A stretch of DNA of 55,949 nucleotides, the filler included, from Sphacelaria rigidula (Eukaryota), in assembly GCA_964200075.2 (NCBI GenBank). It is 3 parts of 3 records of this genome, joined end to end, with 100 filler letters (N's around TTAATTAATTAA, not from the genome) between each part and the next. Parts side by side here need not be neighbours in the genome. Positions count along the whole stretch, not along the records: positions 1 to 18,584 come from CAXNAA020000832.1; positions 18,685 to 37,267 come from CAXNAA020000833.1; 1 more part is not named here. The stretch is one strand, 5' to 3'. Positions 13,886 through 28,600 of the stretch are shown here, in pieces. The translations under genes and the position numbers were made by a program. The notes under the pieces were generated by a model that saw nothing but the letters and a program-made list of their open reading frames with translations, made no database searches and was not told the origin of the DNA. The first letter of the stretch is position 1. Each line of letters begins with the position of its first letter.

Positions 13886-14819
13886 GGAAATTATCAACTG
13901 AGGCACCGGGGCGACCGGCTTATCGACATGCAAAGAGACTTCCGGCTTCTTTCCGCGCAGCACTCGTGGTCGGTAGCACGCTATTACCAAAGATGAAATG
14001 CATGACCTACCCTTCACGATATATTTACGGGCACAGCAAAGGTAGCCGAAGCTGACAGTATCGGCATACTCTACATTGAGCATCCCCGATGTCATATTCT
14101 GAACCCCCGCCCTACCTGAGGACAAGCCAGTGGTCTCAAGGGATCAACGCATCTCTCCCCGCTACACGCTCCGTCTCGAAAGGGATGCGTGGTCAATGGC
14201 CGAACGATTGAGGCGAGCAGCAAGTAAGTTCGCCCCCCCCCTCGTGTACAGCCTGGTCTGGCAAGAACACGGCGTACTCAGTCCCGGATTTGTACGGGCG
14301 GACCCCCGATAGGATTGGCGTCGGTTGGCGATGATGCTGTACTACACATCGCTCACTACGTAAGCATGGGAGCCAAGTTACCGATTGTTTTGCGCGCTTG
14401 CGGTTTTTTGCGGTAAGCATGATGGTAGTCGAGCTCGATCATGTTGTGTGGGGTGGGAGAACCTCAACTCCGCCCAAGGGGGATAATCGTACTACGTAGT
14501 GTTCAAATAGTGAGACATCCATGAGGTAGTGTATAAGCCGTGGCTGTCTCTGGAAGTGGCGATACCAGAAAATGAAATACCTCATTGCAGGCTGTCATTC
14601 AAATGCAAGATAGTCAGCAGGCTTCGGATCGAACAGTCTTGAAAGGATACTGCTCACCCTTCATGAGACTCGCCGAACACACCACGGCGCTTCGCGCTTG
14701 GTGATTTAGTGCGAGCCTGGTCCGGCGAAAACCCCGCGTGCTCCGTCCCGGCTTTGAAGGGATGCAAGGTCAATCGTGTTTATGACTATGGTATGTATGA
14801 TCATGAGTATTACCCCACG

Positions 14820-15051
14820 GTATGTGCTTCGCATTTGAGTCTCGCGAGCTGGTTAAACACGCCCGCATGGCGTCAACTCTCGTCAAACAAACGCATGTCA
14901 ACCGCCTTTTATTCACACACACACTCACGCTTTTGACGGTGGAAGTTAGATGCCTCGATCATGATAACCGGCGGATTTGGCAGGAACCGAACTCACATAC
15001 TCTCCACCATAGCGGTAACAGTCATACCATTACACCACCGGGGCAAGGCGG
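14820..15051 (-). mobile_element. tRNA-derived SINE, family B (degenerate copy)
   Basis: Minus-strand head with A box GGTGGTGTAATGGT and B-box-like GAGTTCGGTTCC; body homologous to 54730-54936. Confidence 0.6.
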
Positions 15052-16381
15052 GGGAGAAAGTGTGTTCCTCACTAAATACAGCCACTACGTTTGTGACGCG
15101 TGTCGTGCGTTGCAGTATCCTCTCCTATCTGGGCATCCCCCCCCCCCTTCCCCCACACCTACTGTGGCGTTTGTATACCCTGGAATGAAAAGGGCACCGC
15201 GCCGTACAGAAAGTGAGGTGCAGCACAGGGTTATACTACTATTATACCGTCTGCACTATCAGTAAATGGTCAAATCGAAACACGTGCGAATGCGTCACTT
15301 TTTCACTTGCACGATATGTTGAACAGCGGTTCACTTTAGAACGCTTCTGCCGAGCGTACGCGGAACACGTGTCCACTTCAAACCATACGGGTGTGACACG
15401 CGGAGAGTATCCATCTGTTTGTAACAAGTGCGAGCCGCCTACGTGAAATACCTGTCTATAGTACAACATATGTGAACGGTATGGATACAAAACTTGTTTT
15501 CTAGAAGGATTGGGCCCAGCACACGTGGAACAACTCTTCACCCCAGAGACGGCTCTTTCAAACAAATACAGGTATTTTCTTCTTTCGGCACAACTCTTTG
15601 GATCGTTTTCAGCTTTCCGTGAATTGAAAGGAATCCTCTCATACGTATTATCAGACCATCTGTTGGTTTATATCAATGTTTTCGAACGATATGATGTATG
15701 TCTCTGAGTTTCTGTACATGTATGCTTGATATAGATGAGAAAATCCAAGATATGCCATTGTCAGCACACGCTAGGTGACCCCGTTTTCTCTGTAAAACCG
15801 GTCACACAGCTCTCACAATATTCCCTTGTGGGCGTACAACTGACCAACTGGCATCAGGCTGTAAGTCTCGGATATTAACACGTACACACGTGCGATAGAA
15901 AGTTGAAGATATTTGATCACTGTATATATATATATATATATACACGTATCGGTGTATGCGCGTGCTCTCCATGAGATTCAGCAGATATCGATACTTTTCT
16001 CTTCAAGTACGCTGACCACGTCCTGTACGAAGGAACAAATCACTGGCTTCCAAGCATCTGATGAATCGCCGTCCAGCACACGGGATACCCGTTTTCCGTT
16101 CCTAGCGATCGAGCGGAACAAAATCAGGACCGATATGGACGTTCCCAGATACATACAAGTTGAGAACAAAGTTCTCCGACGTTTGCAGGTATTCTGCGAT
16201 TTCGAAGCCACCTTTTACAATGCCGTGTGGTTTTCTGCGAATCTTGGGCATCACTCCCAAAGGTTGGAAGACCGTTTATCCCAGGAAAACGTGGCATGTT
16301 GCATATCAGATATGTGGAGCAAGGGGATATTTTTCATGTGTCGAATGTGTTGAATATTCGTGCGGCAGGACCAAGCATGTA

Positions 16382-16822
16382 ACACGCGATCTTACAAATT
16401 GGGGATGAACCTTTTCTTTGGGATGAGAAACCCGGAGAATCAAACTTTTCGTATCCACACCAAGCCTTCGGAAAATGCTTCCATTTCTTCACCTACTGAT
16501 GGCTATTGACAACTGCCACACGCCATAGAAATTTGGATTTCAATCACCGAAATGTTGGGGTCCTCAGTGAAAACACAATTTTGGGGAATTTCGGGTGTCC
16601 GAACGGACGCCAAAATGGTTCCGAAATGTTTTTTCATCTGGGTCCCCAAACTTCCGGTGATCGAAATCCAAAGTTCCATTGCGTGTAGCAGTTGTCAATA
16701 GCTATCAGTAGGTGAAGAAATGGAACCATATTTCGAAGATTTCGTGTGGATGCGAAGATTTTAATTCTCCCAGTTTCTCGTCCCCCGAAGAAAATCCATC
16801 CCCAATTTGTAAGATCGCGTGT
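16382..16822. mobile_element. ~440-bp palindromic MITE (copy 1), TA flanks
   Basis: TA|ACACGCGATCTTACAAATTGGGGATG ... CATCCCCAATTTGTAAGATCGCGTGT|TA; long internal inverted arms. Confidence 0.88.
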
Positions 16823-18584
16823 TATGTTCGTTTCTCTCGCTTGCTTTGTAAAAGCAACGGAGCCCACGCGTCAACAGTATGTGCGACCAACGCAATGTCG
16901 CCCGCCCGATCATCACTACTGCAATGCGTCAAGGTGATTGGTATACGTCCTCCGGTCTCGCGCTTGCCGAACAGGCAGCACGCGTTGCTCTTTGTTACCG
17001 CAGCACCGCGGGGTAATGCATAGTGGTTGTGCTCAACAGTACAGTCACTTTGTGTATTACCGGTCGTGAACACTAGACGCAACTCAGATGCGGATTTCAT
17101 GTGCAAGCGTCTTGACATTCCTGATTATTGAACTGTGACATTTTCCAGCTGCTCACATTGCACACGGGTCTCACATCGTACATGCTATCACGTCGCACAT
17201 TACGTGTGTTGGGGGGGCTGTGTTTCGGATGCATACACCCTCTTCAAAGCGACAGTTGACATTACTCCCCATGTCATGCCGGTGAGCGCGTGGTAGTGTA
17301 TTGGTATGCTCTGCCTCATAGGTGACTGAGAAGAATGTGCTCTGTGCAGGTAGGTTTCTTCATTCAGAAATCCCATCGAGGGTAACATTTTTTTCTCTGA
17401 TAATAACCGAATGATCCTCTCCCGTTTTTCGATAGGTTTGCTCTGTATGAATTCGTACGATGGGAATGCCACCATGGTGCAGTCAACATTACTTGTCCTA
17501 CTTGACATATCTCGTATCCGCTAGACTACTGAAAGTAGCTCCACTTTACCAGTATGATGCGGGGGCTTACCATAGTGCGGTGATCTGGGCCTTCAATCCA
17601 CCTTATTCTGCTGAGATCCCAAACAGGATGTACAGTGGGTGTCCAGGATAGCTTTTAGTATACGCGGGGATAGGTAAAACATGTGCATCATGAATCATTG
17701 TGGTAATGTGTCGATAGTCCTGCAGCAGATGAAGATCTACACCGTTGCCTGTCGTGAGTTCGTCTCTCATTGGCGAGGGGCTCCCCTTCTTTCTTATACG
17801 GTGTTTTGTTGAAGGAACGCTCACGGGCTTACAACTACTCAAGAACAGCTGTACAGGGTCGCCCTCACACCTTGTGTAGTTCATTCACGCCGGACAAACG
17901 TACACAGGGTCGCTAAAACCTATCCGAATGGTGTACAGGGCGCGGTCTGCACAGGACACCAAACTGTACCGTTACCTTGAATTCACGGCGAGCGCAGTTT
18001 TCATGCGTCGACACCACACAGTACCCCATCAGGCATGATTCATGTGGCGTCGTATATGTAGTCTCACCACTGTGGCTTTTGGATACCAGCGGCAGCCACG
18101 GCAGAACACAGCATAACGGCTCATTGGTACCATTAGAATGATGACAATCCGGTGCCTTTGCGTATCGAATCTCTTGTGGAGCCTGTCTTACATGCGATCA
18201 GAAGTCATGTTGATCCAGTACAAACACCAGAAGAGAGTAAAGTTGCGGGGGGTGAATGCTTCCTTTACATGCCGGCGCGTAGCTGACAAGGGGTTTTGAA
18301 ACATCTCACCGCCGATGCACGGACCGCGCAGCCATAGTGCATGTGCAGTCGCGCTTGACCTGGGGTGCTGTGCAAGCTAGAATACATTGCCGACGATGTT
18401 TGGGACACTGCTCTTGTCAAGGGGCCCCATATCGGGAAATCCATGCACCACTCTCCCCCTTCACCGCGCAAACCTCACTCTGGGGTTGGAGGAGGGGGGG
18501 GGGGGGGGGGGGTACCCGGTTCAATGGGGGGGGTCCCCCCTGATCGCTAGATGATGGCCCCGCCCGTTTTTGCGGGTAACGGCG

Positions 18585-18684
18585 NNNNNNNNNNNNNNNN
18601 NNNNNNNNNNNNNNNNNNNNNNNNNNNNTTAATTAATTAANNNNNNNNNNNNNNNNNNNNNNNNNNNNNNNNNNNNNNNNNNNN
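18585..18684. other. Artificial contig linker (N44-TTAATTAATTAA-N44)
   Basis: Exactly 100 bp. The 12-mer gives stop codons in all six frames. The flanking contigs are 18584 and 18583 bp. Confidence 0.97.
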
Positions 18685-19642
18685 GCTGGTGAAGCGGTGG
18701 CTTCAGCGGAAGCTGTCACCTACACGATCAATTTGACACATCACTTGATCGCAACGACGTAGTCAGCCCATTGCAACAAAAGATCCCCTGTTTCAGGAAA
18801 AAATGGTTAGTGCCTGACACAGTTTTAGTTCCGAAATGCCCCCAGGCGTAAAAATGCTTTGTGCGGTATCTCACCAATCAGACCGCCGAATTCCTCGAAT
18901 GGGGTACTGTACGGTAGCTGCATGCACAGGACGTGTGCGCGAGCAAAACAAAATTGCCTGTAAGGAACGCTAGAGCATCCACTCTGAATCCGATATTACG
19001 CTCTGAATCTCACGAATATGGCGTTCCATGCACCGGAAAACTAGGTCGCCAACAGGAATCCGAATGTGATGATTCCGAGTATTTGATACTTCTTCACCGC
19101 ACCCCGGTGGTCAAATGGTACAACGGAAGTCATTAGGTCGGGAGGATGCGACTTCGATCCGCGGCATGTACATGTGAGTTTCCTTCTGAGCAGTGCCGAT
19201 TTCTGATGTCGAACACGTGAGAGCGCAAGCAGAAGAAACTGCATTTTTCGAGAGTCGACGCGGCGCGGGAATACTGACACATTCCATTAATTACATTACA
19301 CCGTGAATCGTGTGCCGGGGGAGAGATGGGTCGATTTATCAAGCCCACGGGTTCGTCCCGTGGAAGGGTAGGAGTTTTACGTGTGCCAAAAAACAAATTA
19401 TTACGAGCCGTGGATTCGTGAGTCAACAGCGGAGTTGAAGATGGTAAGTGCCTCAGGTTGTCATGCTCGTGGCACCGGCAACGCCTAGCTGTTCGACCGG
19501 GCGAGTTTCCCCACCGCGATCAAGGGGTAGCCCTAGCCCGGACATTTGGGTAGTGTGACGATGCCCCCAACGTAGGTACTGCACCTACAATGTGCACCCG
19601 CGACAACGTAACTAAAATCGTTGAAGCCATCGCGTATGGTAC

Positions 19643-22600
19643 CTTATAGTTGAACTCATCCCATGTGTACATACGCATGCGCTTTTTCCTGGGAAGAACA
19701 CGCGAAACCCTCTCTTCGCCATCTGTTGAAACGAAGTCTTTGTTGACGACGTTCATCAGCCCGAGCACGCTCGCCGCACCCTTTCTCGAAAACTAGGTAC
19801 GCAATGAGCGACACAAGCGTGGGCAGATGAAGCGGTTTGGCAAAGGTCAATGTCCCGCCAAGATACCATGTTAACGAGATGCGCCATACAGGATATGGCA
19901 TGTACGCCCTAAACGCGTAAAGTCGAACATCCCGCCAAGTACTCTTAATGGGTTGGTTCTACCTTCCAATTGCAACGGTGTGTTTTGCCACCCCAAAACA
20001 TTATTGTTGCCTGAACAGGGCACCGAGTGACGTTTGAGTGGTGTCGCCTTCCGAAACTGGGCGGGGATCAATTTTTCATTATACTTGGGCACCAGCATGG
20101 AACACAGTTGCGTTTCTGTTTGCGTCTTTCACAACTCCCAATGGGAATATGTTCCCATGTCCCCACGCCTTCCGGAACAGCTCAACTTCCGTCCATCGCA
20201 GAGAACCCCTCGCCGATTTTGCATTCATCAACCGCGTATCAATTGTACACAAATTTTCGGTCTCACCCGCCGCATTTGTTTTCTGGTTTCGAAGATGGCG
20301 AAGGCCACCACCAAGAACCCGAACCAGAATGGGAAGAAGAGGTTTCGCACCAGCCCGAAGTTGGCAAACTGCGCACACGGTATGCGATGGCCACGAACAA
20401 CGCAAAACGCGGAAGGGAACATAGCACATTTTTCACGAATACTGAAATGAGACAAAGCGGAGTATGGCCTGATAAATCCTGTGAGAAAGTGCTCCCGTGT
20501 CGTGTCCCGCCTCGAACTCCGCGATATTAACTGTCAAAAAGGGATCCATGATGATTATTTCTTGCCCTGAACTGGCCCTGTTGCAGGTTAAGGGCAACGT
20601 CCGGTTAAGGGTAACTTTTCGGTTAAGGACAAGCGGTCCGGATTAAGGGCAAGCGGTCCGGATTAAGGGCAAGCGCCCCTGACTATGGGGAAGCGCCCCT
20701 GACTATGGGGAAGCGCCCCTGACTATGGGGAAGCGCACCTGGGTAACGGGAAGCGCTTCTGACTATGGGGAAGCGCACCTGGGTAAGGGGAAGCACACCT
20801 GGGTAGGGGGAAGCGCACTTGGGTAGGGGGGAGCGCACCTGGATACGGGCAAGCGCCTCTGATTATTGACATCTGCCCCTAGCGACGGAGAAGCGATACA
20901 CGTATCGTCAACATATTCCTGAATCAGCCGAAGAATGCCAAACTGTCTAGGGCGTGCTAAGGACTCACAATACGTGTGTCTCTGGCTCGTGGGCACACGA
21001 TATAGGTGTCTCTCGCTTGTGGGCACGCGATACAGGTTAGGGTTAGGGTATCGTGGGTCCTTAGTGTAGTGCGTGAGAGGGTCGCGTGCTTAGAGGACCG
21101 CGCCGTAGTTCAAAACACTTCAGAATCGACGTTTTTCAAAACCAATCCGGCCAGTCCCTGCAGGTACTACGCCCCTGACCATAACCCCGACACTAACCCT
21201 AACCCTAACCCTAATCATAGGGATATTCAAATTTAACCACAGGGATATTCAAATTTCGATGTGGTCCTCTAAGCACGCGGTCCTCTCACGCAATAAATTT
21301 AGCACGCCCTAGAGAGTTTGGCATTCTTCGGCTGATTCGGGAATATGATGACGATACGTATATCGCTTCTCCGTCGCTAAGGGCAGATGCCAATATTCAG
21401 GGGCGCTTGCCCGTATCCAGATGCGCTCCCCCCTACCCAGGTGCGCTTCCCCATAGTCAGGTGCGCTTCCCCATAGTCAGGGGCGCTTCCCCTTACCCAG
21501 GTGCGCTTCCCCATAGTCAGGAGCGCTTGCCCCTAATCCGGGCCGTTCCCCCCTAACCAGGGGCGCTTCCCCATAGTCAGGGGCGCTTGCCCTTAATCCG
21601 GACCGCTTGCTCTTGAGCGAAAAGTTGCCCTTAACCGGGCGTTGCCCTTAACCTGCAACAGGCCCGCGTCCATTTATTTGACGTTTCAAATTGAATTAGA
21701 GTTTTGCCTGGAGAATATCCGTCACGTTCAGGTTTCGATGAGCGGTGACATATGTCGACGGACCTATCAAGGTGAAAGTCATCCTGCATCCACTAGATCT
21801 TCCCCGTGCTCTCGTAATGTCAAGTGTCACGCGTCTAAGCATCAGATCGGGATGATATATTTCGCTTCTGCAAGAATACGAATTTAACACAAGCCAACCG
21901 CGACACCGCAGCACTCAGTGTACAGAGTTGGCACCTCGATGTCGATATCTAGGGTACTGAAGAGGAGACTGTCGGTCGAAGACACCAGCTCCACACCTCG
22001 GTAGCACTGCACCACACCAGCCAGGTAGGCAAAGCGCCCCGCCCAGATATGAAGGTGCTTGTTCATCTGTAAAGGACACGCGGTGAATCAGCGGTGGGAT
22101 GTGGTGAATTGAAAATGTACCCTACATGTCGATAATTGCTATTGTTACTTACTCCACTCCCAACAAAAACGGGATCGTTGAACAAACAGACGGCTGAGAA
22201 GCCGAGCCACGAAATCCGACGTAGCACACTTGGCAAGTCCATCATCGTGCAGAAGGCAGGAAACGGGGTTTGTGCGGAAGCGACAGGAATCCTCCGAAAC
22301 TGCATTTGAAATCCACCCCAAGACGGCAATTACTGATGTTCACGCTCGATTCATTCTGGAAATAGGTCGCCCTTCTCTCCACTCAACGCTGACCTGCCTC
22401 ATGTGGAGGCAAAGTCCCGAATCGTTCAACAGGGAGGAAGACATGAAACTGTGTGCGGCATGGTGCTCATGCAGAGAGGGATACCTGGTTAAGCAGAGAG
22501 AAGTTGCAGTATTTTCCCTCCAGTGCCTTCATGCGCAGACAGCCAGAGATCACTAGGGTAGCCACGGCTACGATGAGATAAATACCCCATCTATGCGCAG

Positions 22601-25600
22601 CAGAATACAACCACATTATAGCGGGAAACGATGGAGGGAATCAGAACCAAGCGTCTCGATGGCTGTCTTTAGTTTTGTAGACGAAGAGTTCACCGCGTTA
22701 CCTGGGAAGACAAAATTCAAGCTTAGTACTACCTTTTAAGAATCTTTGCTACAGTCCATTGCGGGCGTTACGATTGCTCTCATTCTACACTTGTATGACT
22801 CCACAAGTGTTGCGGGTGCCACGTGACGATGTGGATGGGGCACTGACATTGCGTGTTCGGAGGAATGGTCGCCGCTGGTTGAGAAGATAGCCGTGATGCT
22901 CAGTGGAAGCACCGTCTCGGAAGCGACGATCATCAGCTCGGCGTGCCTTCGGTGCCACGCTTGACCCAGTATTTCGTCACCCTTATGGTACCTGTACGTC
23001 AACCAAATGAATAGCGAGGCATCTAAACACAGGCTACATGCCTACTGCGCCACAGTTCTTCCAGGTTGTGAGGAATACTCTAGGACATGCTACTTTTTTC
23101 GTAAAGCATCAGAATGAAAAACCTCTTAAGAGCAGCACAACCGGTAGTACTGACTCACGAAGAGACCGTTCAGACGGCCAAATCAAGGGGTGGACTACGG
23201 TCGTACACCACTTTCAGTACCGAAGATGAGCCTAGAGAAGTCTACTTACGGGTTGTTTCGCACCCCATGATGTTGAACCATACCCAGTTAAACTTATGAT
23301 CAGTCAAAGACACGGGGTATCAGTTGCTGTCATATTACGGATCCCTTGGCTCCACCCGCGGGAAACTTCATTGTTCCGTCCTGAAAAAACTTGAATCAGC
23401 CACGGGGACAATACGCCGCCGTGTTCATACACCATGAAATCATATTTCCGGGCGGCAACAAAGCCTACAGTGTACCTTGCGAAGTAGATGCCTAGAGGAG
23501 CAATGAGCATCCACGAGAATAGCATGAGGCAGCCGTGGAGCAGGTAGAAGTTCATATCGTCTTCGCACACCTGTCAACGGCATATGTATCGTACCGGCTT
23601 ATCGGAACTTGGTGAAAGAAATTATCGGACATTCTTCTTTTCGAGTTCGACCCAAACATTGTACACGGGTCCGAGGTCAGATGTTGTGGCGTTTGTTAAT
23701 GTATGAGTAATTCCGCGTCAATGGAGGTCAACCTCACTTAACGCTTGAGTCCTGGCAATGAAAAAGTGCTGATCTCGAGATTCTGTGTTGAGAACAACAT
23801 ATGGTTGATTGTTTGCGGCTTCCAAGGACCACTATTTCGCCCAAGGCGTGTTTTTCAGACCCGCGACCGCTTCCAACTGGCGGTGAATCGCGTAAATGCT
23901 GTATTGCGCCTCAACCCTTCCACGTGTGGTGAGGGCATTGCTGTGCTCGGCCACACTACCTTGTTCCTGTGATGTGGCTTAGCACGCTTGCCAAGTGTTG
24001 GGCGGGTACGACCTCCAGACTCCAGCACAAACATATTCCGATGGGGTGCGTCACCTGTACCAATGTGTGCCAAGGTGCCACACGGGACTAAGTATGTAGA
24101 AAATATACAGGTGGTGCTGATTTTTCTTGTATGGCTTTAAGAGGCCGCGGTGCTGGTTTTAGCTGTGTGCATAAAGTTGAACACACTAGACCTGTTGCCT
24201 CCCCTCATTCGATAGAACTAATCCGACCGCACTGGCTAACGCCGAGCTATCCTTGAAAGTTCGACTGCTTAAAGCGGAGGTGGTGAAAGCTCCTTTGTAT
24301 GGGTGTCCCACATGGACGCTACGTTCTGAGGACTTCGACAGTCTGCGCACTGCCCATCACAAGCTCTTGCTGCGAGTGGTTGGATTCCGCAGGAACGATC
24401 GAAATGGCTACAAGATTCTTTCGTACAGAGCGGTGCTCGAGATGACCAACTGCGAGCGTATCGAGACGACTATCCGCAAACGTCAACTCTGGTTCGCGGG
24501 AGCCCTTGTCCGGCAGAAGGACACACGCCTTCCCAAGCGTGTCATGAACGGTCGGCTTTCCACACGAGGACCCAAGGAGGTCGGCTGCCCCCCCGAGCAA
24601 TGGGGGGATACCCTAAAGGAGAACCTACGTGCGCTAGGGGCTGTCCCGCACAAAGGAGCCCGACCAAAGTGGTTCGTCTCTACGATGTAGAGGTTAACGA
24701 TGCATGCGATTGGGTCACTGCGGCGAAGGGCCTGGGCAAATGGCATATTGGAGTCGAAAAGGGAGCGGAAGAGTTTGAGGACACGTGGCGACGCGCGGAC
24801 AAGCGAGAATCAGACCGCCGTCACAAGCGAGAGGCTGCTGCGTCGAGGGCTGCCAATAAGAAAATCCTGTCCTCTCATGTCGGTTGTTGATTATGTCCTT
24901 AGTCGGTGGCTCTGCGTTTCCCACTGGTTTGTGTCTGCATCTCCTTTGCTGCCCTGAATCCCTTAAGCCTCTTTTCCCCCCCATCGTTTCATTGTTTTTT
25001 ATTTTATTTGCTTTGTACTTTCCTCTTGTTTTCCTTTTTCTTGTTTTAGGTCGGTCATTTCTTTCTGTGCTTTGCTTGTGTTGACTTTTTATTACTTTTC
25101 TTGTCACGACTTAGTCTGCTATATCGTTTTGTTCTACCCCTCTCTTTTTTTGTTTCATTTTTTCCTGTTCCTGTTTTTTTTCTGCTCCTTTTCTTTTTCC
25201 TTAGAGCGTGTTTCAGTTTCGTTTTGTTGTGTACGTTCATCATGAGACCACGGCTGGACCCCTGAAGGGTCAGTTAAAGTGCGGCAATCAATCAATCAAT
25301 CACTGGCGCGACATTTTTGGTGCAAGCATGACATCTGTCGGTGTTTTCTGTGGCCATCCGCCCTCGAAATGGTTGTCGTCGGTATTTCTTTTTCCATTTT
25401 TTCTTCTTTGTCAGCGCTTGAAATAATGGGGCGTCTGGACCGGTGACGGGAGGGGAGGGTTCCCAAAGGGTTAATATTTGCTTGGTTGAGTAATCCTTTC
25501 AATCGCAATATGATCATACTAGGGCGGCATTCACCACGGATGTTTTTTCTGTACTGCTGGAAAACCATTGCATTATCTTGTGCTCCGGCAGTATTCATCT

Positions 25601-28600
25601 ATAGCGATTTGCGGCTGAAAGGAAAGCCTCCCACTCAGTTTTTAACATTTACAATAAGAAATCGCTCTTCGCAATGATGCAGAGCCGCGAAAACCGGGCC
25701 CTACGCAACATCACTGTTTTTACAGCTGTATCTGACTACCTCAAGCAACCCCTCCTGCGTGGCACGAGAAGAAAGTGCCCCCAAACCACCAGTTGAAGAA
25801 TCAAGCGCCACATTTCGTTGTCGTGAGGGGTAAGTGGCATAAATAAAGTGGTTTGGATAGGTGATGCGTCCCTGTATGTGAAAATATACGCCTTCTGAAG
25901 GGTAGCTACAGGGTTCAAACGTGTTCTGCGGACAAAACGTGCCACAAATCACCCAACAGCCGTTCATCGAAATTGAGGATGGAGCTTTGATTGAGGATGA
26001 GAACACGAAATAACAGAATCTTCGTATCCACACCGAATCTTTGAAATATGCTCCAACTCCTTCACCTACTAGCAGCTATTGACAACTACTATACGCCCTA
26101 CAAATGTTGATTTCGATAACCGAAATGTTGGGGTCCTAGATGAAGAGACAGTTTTGGGGAATTTAGGTGATGCGATCGGGTCGCCAAAAATTCCCCGAAA
26201 TTGGTTTCTCACCTAGGACACCGACATTCCGGTTATCGACATCAAAATAATATTCATGGCATGCAGTACTTGTCAGTAGCTACCAGTTGGTGGACGAATT
26301 TCGAAGATGTCGTGTGGACACAAACAAGATTTTAATCCTCCGGGTTCTCATCCTCAATGAAATACTCCATCTTGAATTTCGATGATAGGCTGTTACCTGC
26401 CGACAAGACGGCGCCATGCATCGCATCATCTTCATTATAGTGCTTCTTAACGAATGCGCCCGCACGTTTTGCATAGATGGCACCACCAAGCGAAACACTG
26501 TGAAATTCCTGACGGCTACAGTAGCTTGAGATTGTCACGTACCGCCAGTAGGCGGAGACGCTTTCTGAATGATACTAGTTTTGTATCTTTAAATTCAGAA
26601 CGGAAATCCTCGTGGTTTGCCGAGCTTCAGTGATCGCGTTCGCACATTCCACGCATTATCGAACGGCGCACGGTAAAATTCTGGCGAGGTCAACTTATCG
26701 CCGTTCTCATTTAACGGTAACGTAACACATGTTAGCTGTGAATGACGCTGATGTTCCTCGATAAACCGGTGCAGAGTGACAGTGCTCGTGGCGGTAGAGC
26801 TTCAGCAATAATCCTTGCACGTTGTACGCACCTCAGTTATCGTTGCATTACCGAAATGAACGGACGACGCACCCCGGTTTGTATTTGGATGCTGCCCCAG
26901 TCCTTTACCTCCCCTGTAAGCGTAGATGATGTCGGTGAAACGATCGGCGTTGATGTCCTCTAGTACATCGTAATCCTGGAAGGACGGTGGGGATACGTGC
27001 CACGGAGCGGACGGATGGAGGGCAATAAACACGACATCAAGTGTAGGGGAGGTATATGTTCTCATGCCATGTGCCAAACCTCACACCAACAATTTAGCAT
27101 GTACACATGTATTCTAAGTTGGATGATGGGGGGAAATTATAAGTAAGCAGCTAAATGTGAGCACAGCACAACAAGGATAACACGAACACTAGGGTCGTAC
27201 ATTGACCCGAAGACGACATGTACGTTGTACCTGCGAATCTAGCTCGGACGAGCATCGAAGGAACGTAACCGACGTCCAGTCTCCTTCGATGGCCACGCTC
27301 TCCACTTCCAACTGAGGATTTACATCATCCTCGGGTGGCACGCTGCGACTGCAAGGTGCAACGGAGAGCAGGTGTTGCGGGAAGAGTTGCGCCTTCTTTG
27401 ACAAGCCCTCTTTACTTTCCGTGTTATCCGCGTGTTGCTGGGAAAGGATTTCGTGGGAACTGGGGACCCTCCTGCGATCAAGCGATGCGAACCTCCGGAT
27501 TGATCGTAACAAAGTAGGTGGCTTTACAGTGCACTCATATATCACTACTCCGCCATGTGCCTCGTTGCAAGTGAGGTGTCCGCGTATTTAGCATGCTGAG
27601 GACTGCCTCAGCAACACACGGTCGATCGCCCGTGTTGGAGACCTCAACCCCACTGAAATCGTCTCATAGGAAACGATTCTGCTAGCAAGTGGAAACGTAA
27701 GTCAGATTCAGGCCGCTACACCTCTGTGCTACAACTGTTGCCCGTGCCGCAAGCCGTGGATACATCAGCGGTAGTCCCACTCGGCAAAACATACCAATAC
27801 TCAGCATTCCACCATGAACCACCAGCTATGAGTACCAGCGCACACCACTGATAGATGTGGGACGCACTGGGCTCTCCATATGGTCCCCCCACCACACAAT
27901 TTAGAAGGGGACTTGGCGGGAACACCGAAAACATCAGCTGCACTTTCGCAGAGTGCTTTCCACACCACATAGGTCGCGAACATACCACAGTTTCGTTTGG
28001 AATTCTCGGGTGTTCCTACCGCTTTATCGGCTGTCGGTCGATGCACTCTGCTGTTGGTCCATCTTTGACCTCACAGATGACGAAGTCTTGTGCTTTCACC
28101 ATTTCCGTACCCCCGAACCCAATACCCTGCAAAACGGAAGGACAGGACAGAAAATCGCCGAAGATCACTCAGCCATGATGGCGAGGTTTACGCGCACTTT
28201 TATATATCATATCCAAAGTGTAACATAGCTTCTAATATCGGCGCACGCCAGTACGTTTCTCTGACTGCTATATTCAGCTTCTTGCGACCATAACGTGCGG
28301 AGTGGCGTCGAGGTGCGTCAAAGCCTGACATATACTCACGAGCACCAAGCTCCCAGCTGATTTCCCAAAAGCCAGAAGTCTTCATCATACGTTTCCTTGC
28401 CCGAGGTTGGAGATACGATGAGTTGGGTGGTTACATAAGTACTTATACCTATACTTCGTATTGTGAACAACTGTACTTCATAACCATTTAGAGCCGGTCT
28501 TCTGGGGTCGAGATCGTGGGGCTTCCACTAATTTTGGATACGCACACGTCGGAGTCATTCTTGACAGCACCGGACGTGGCGAAACTCGATAAAGAGTATG

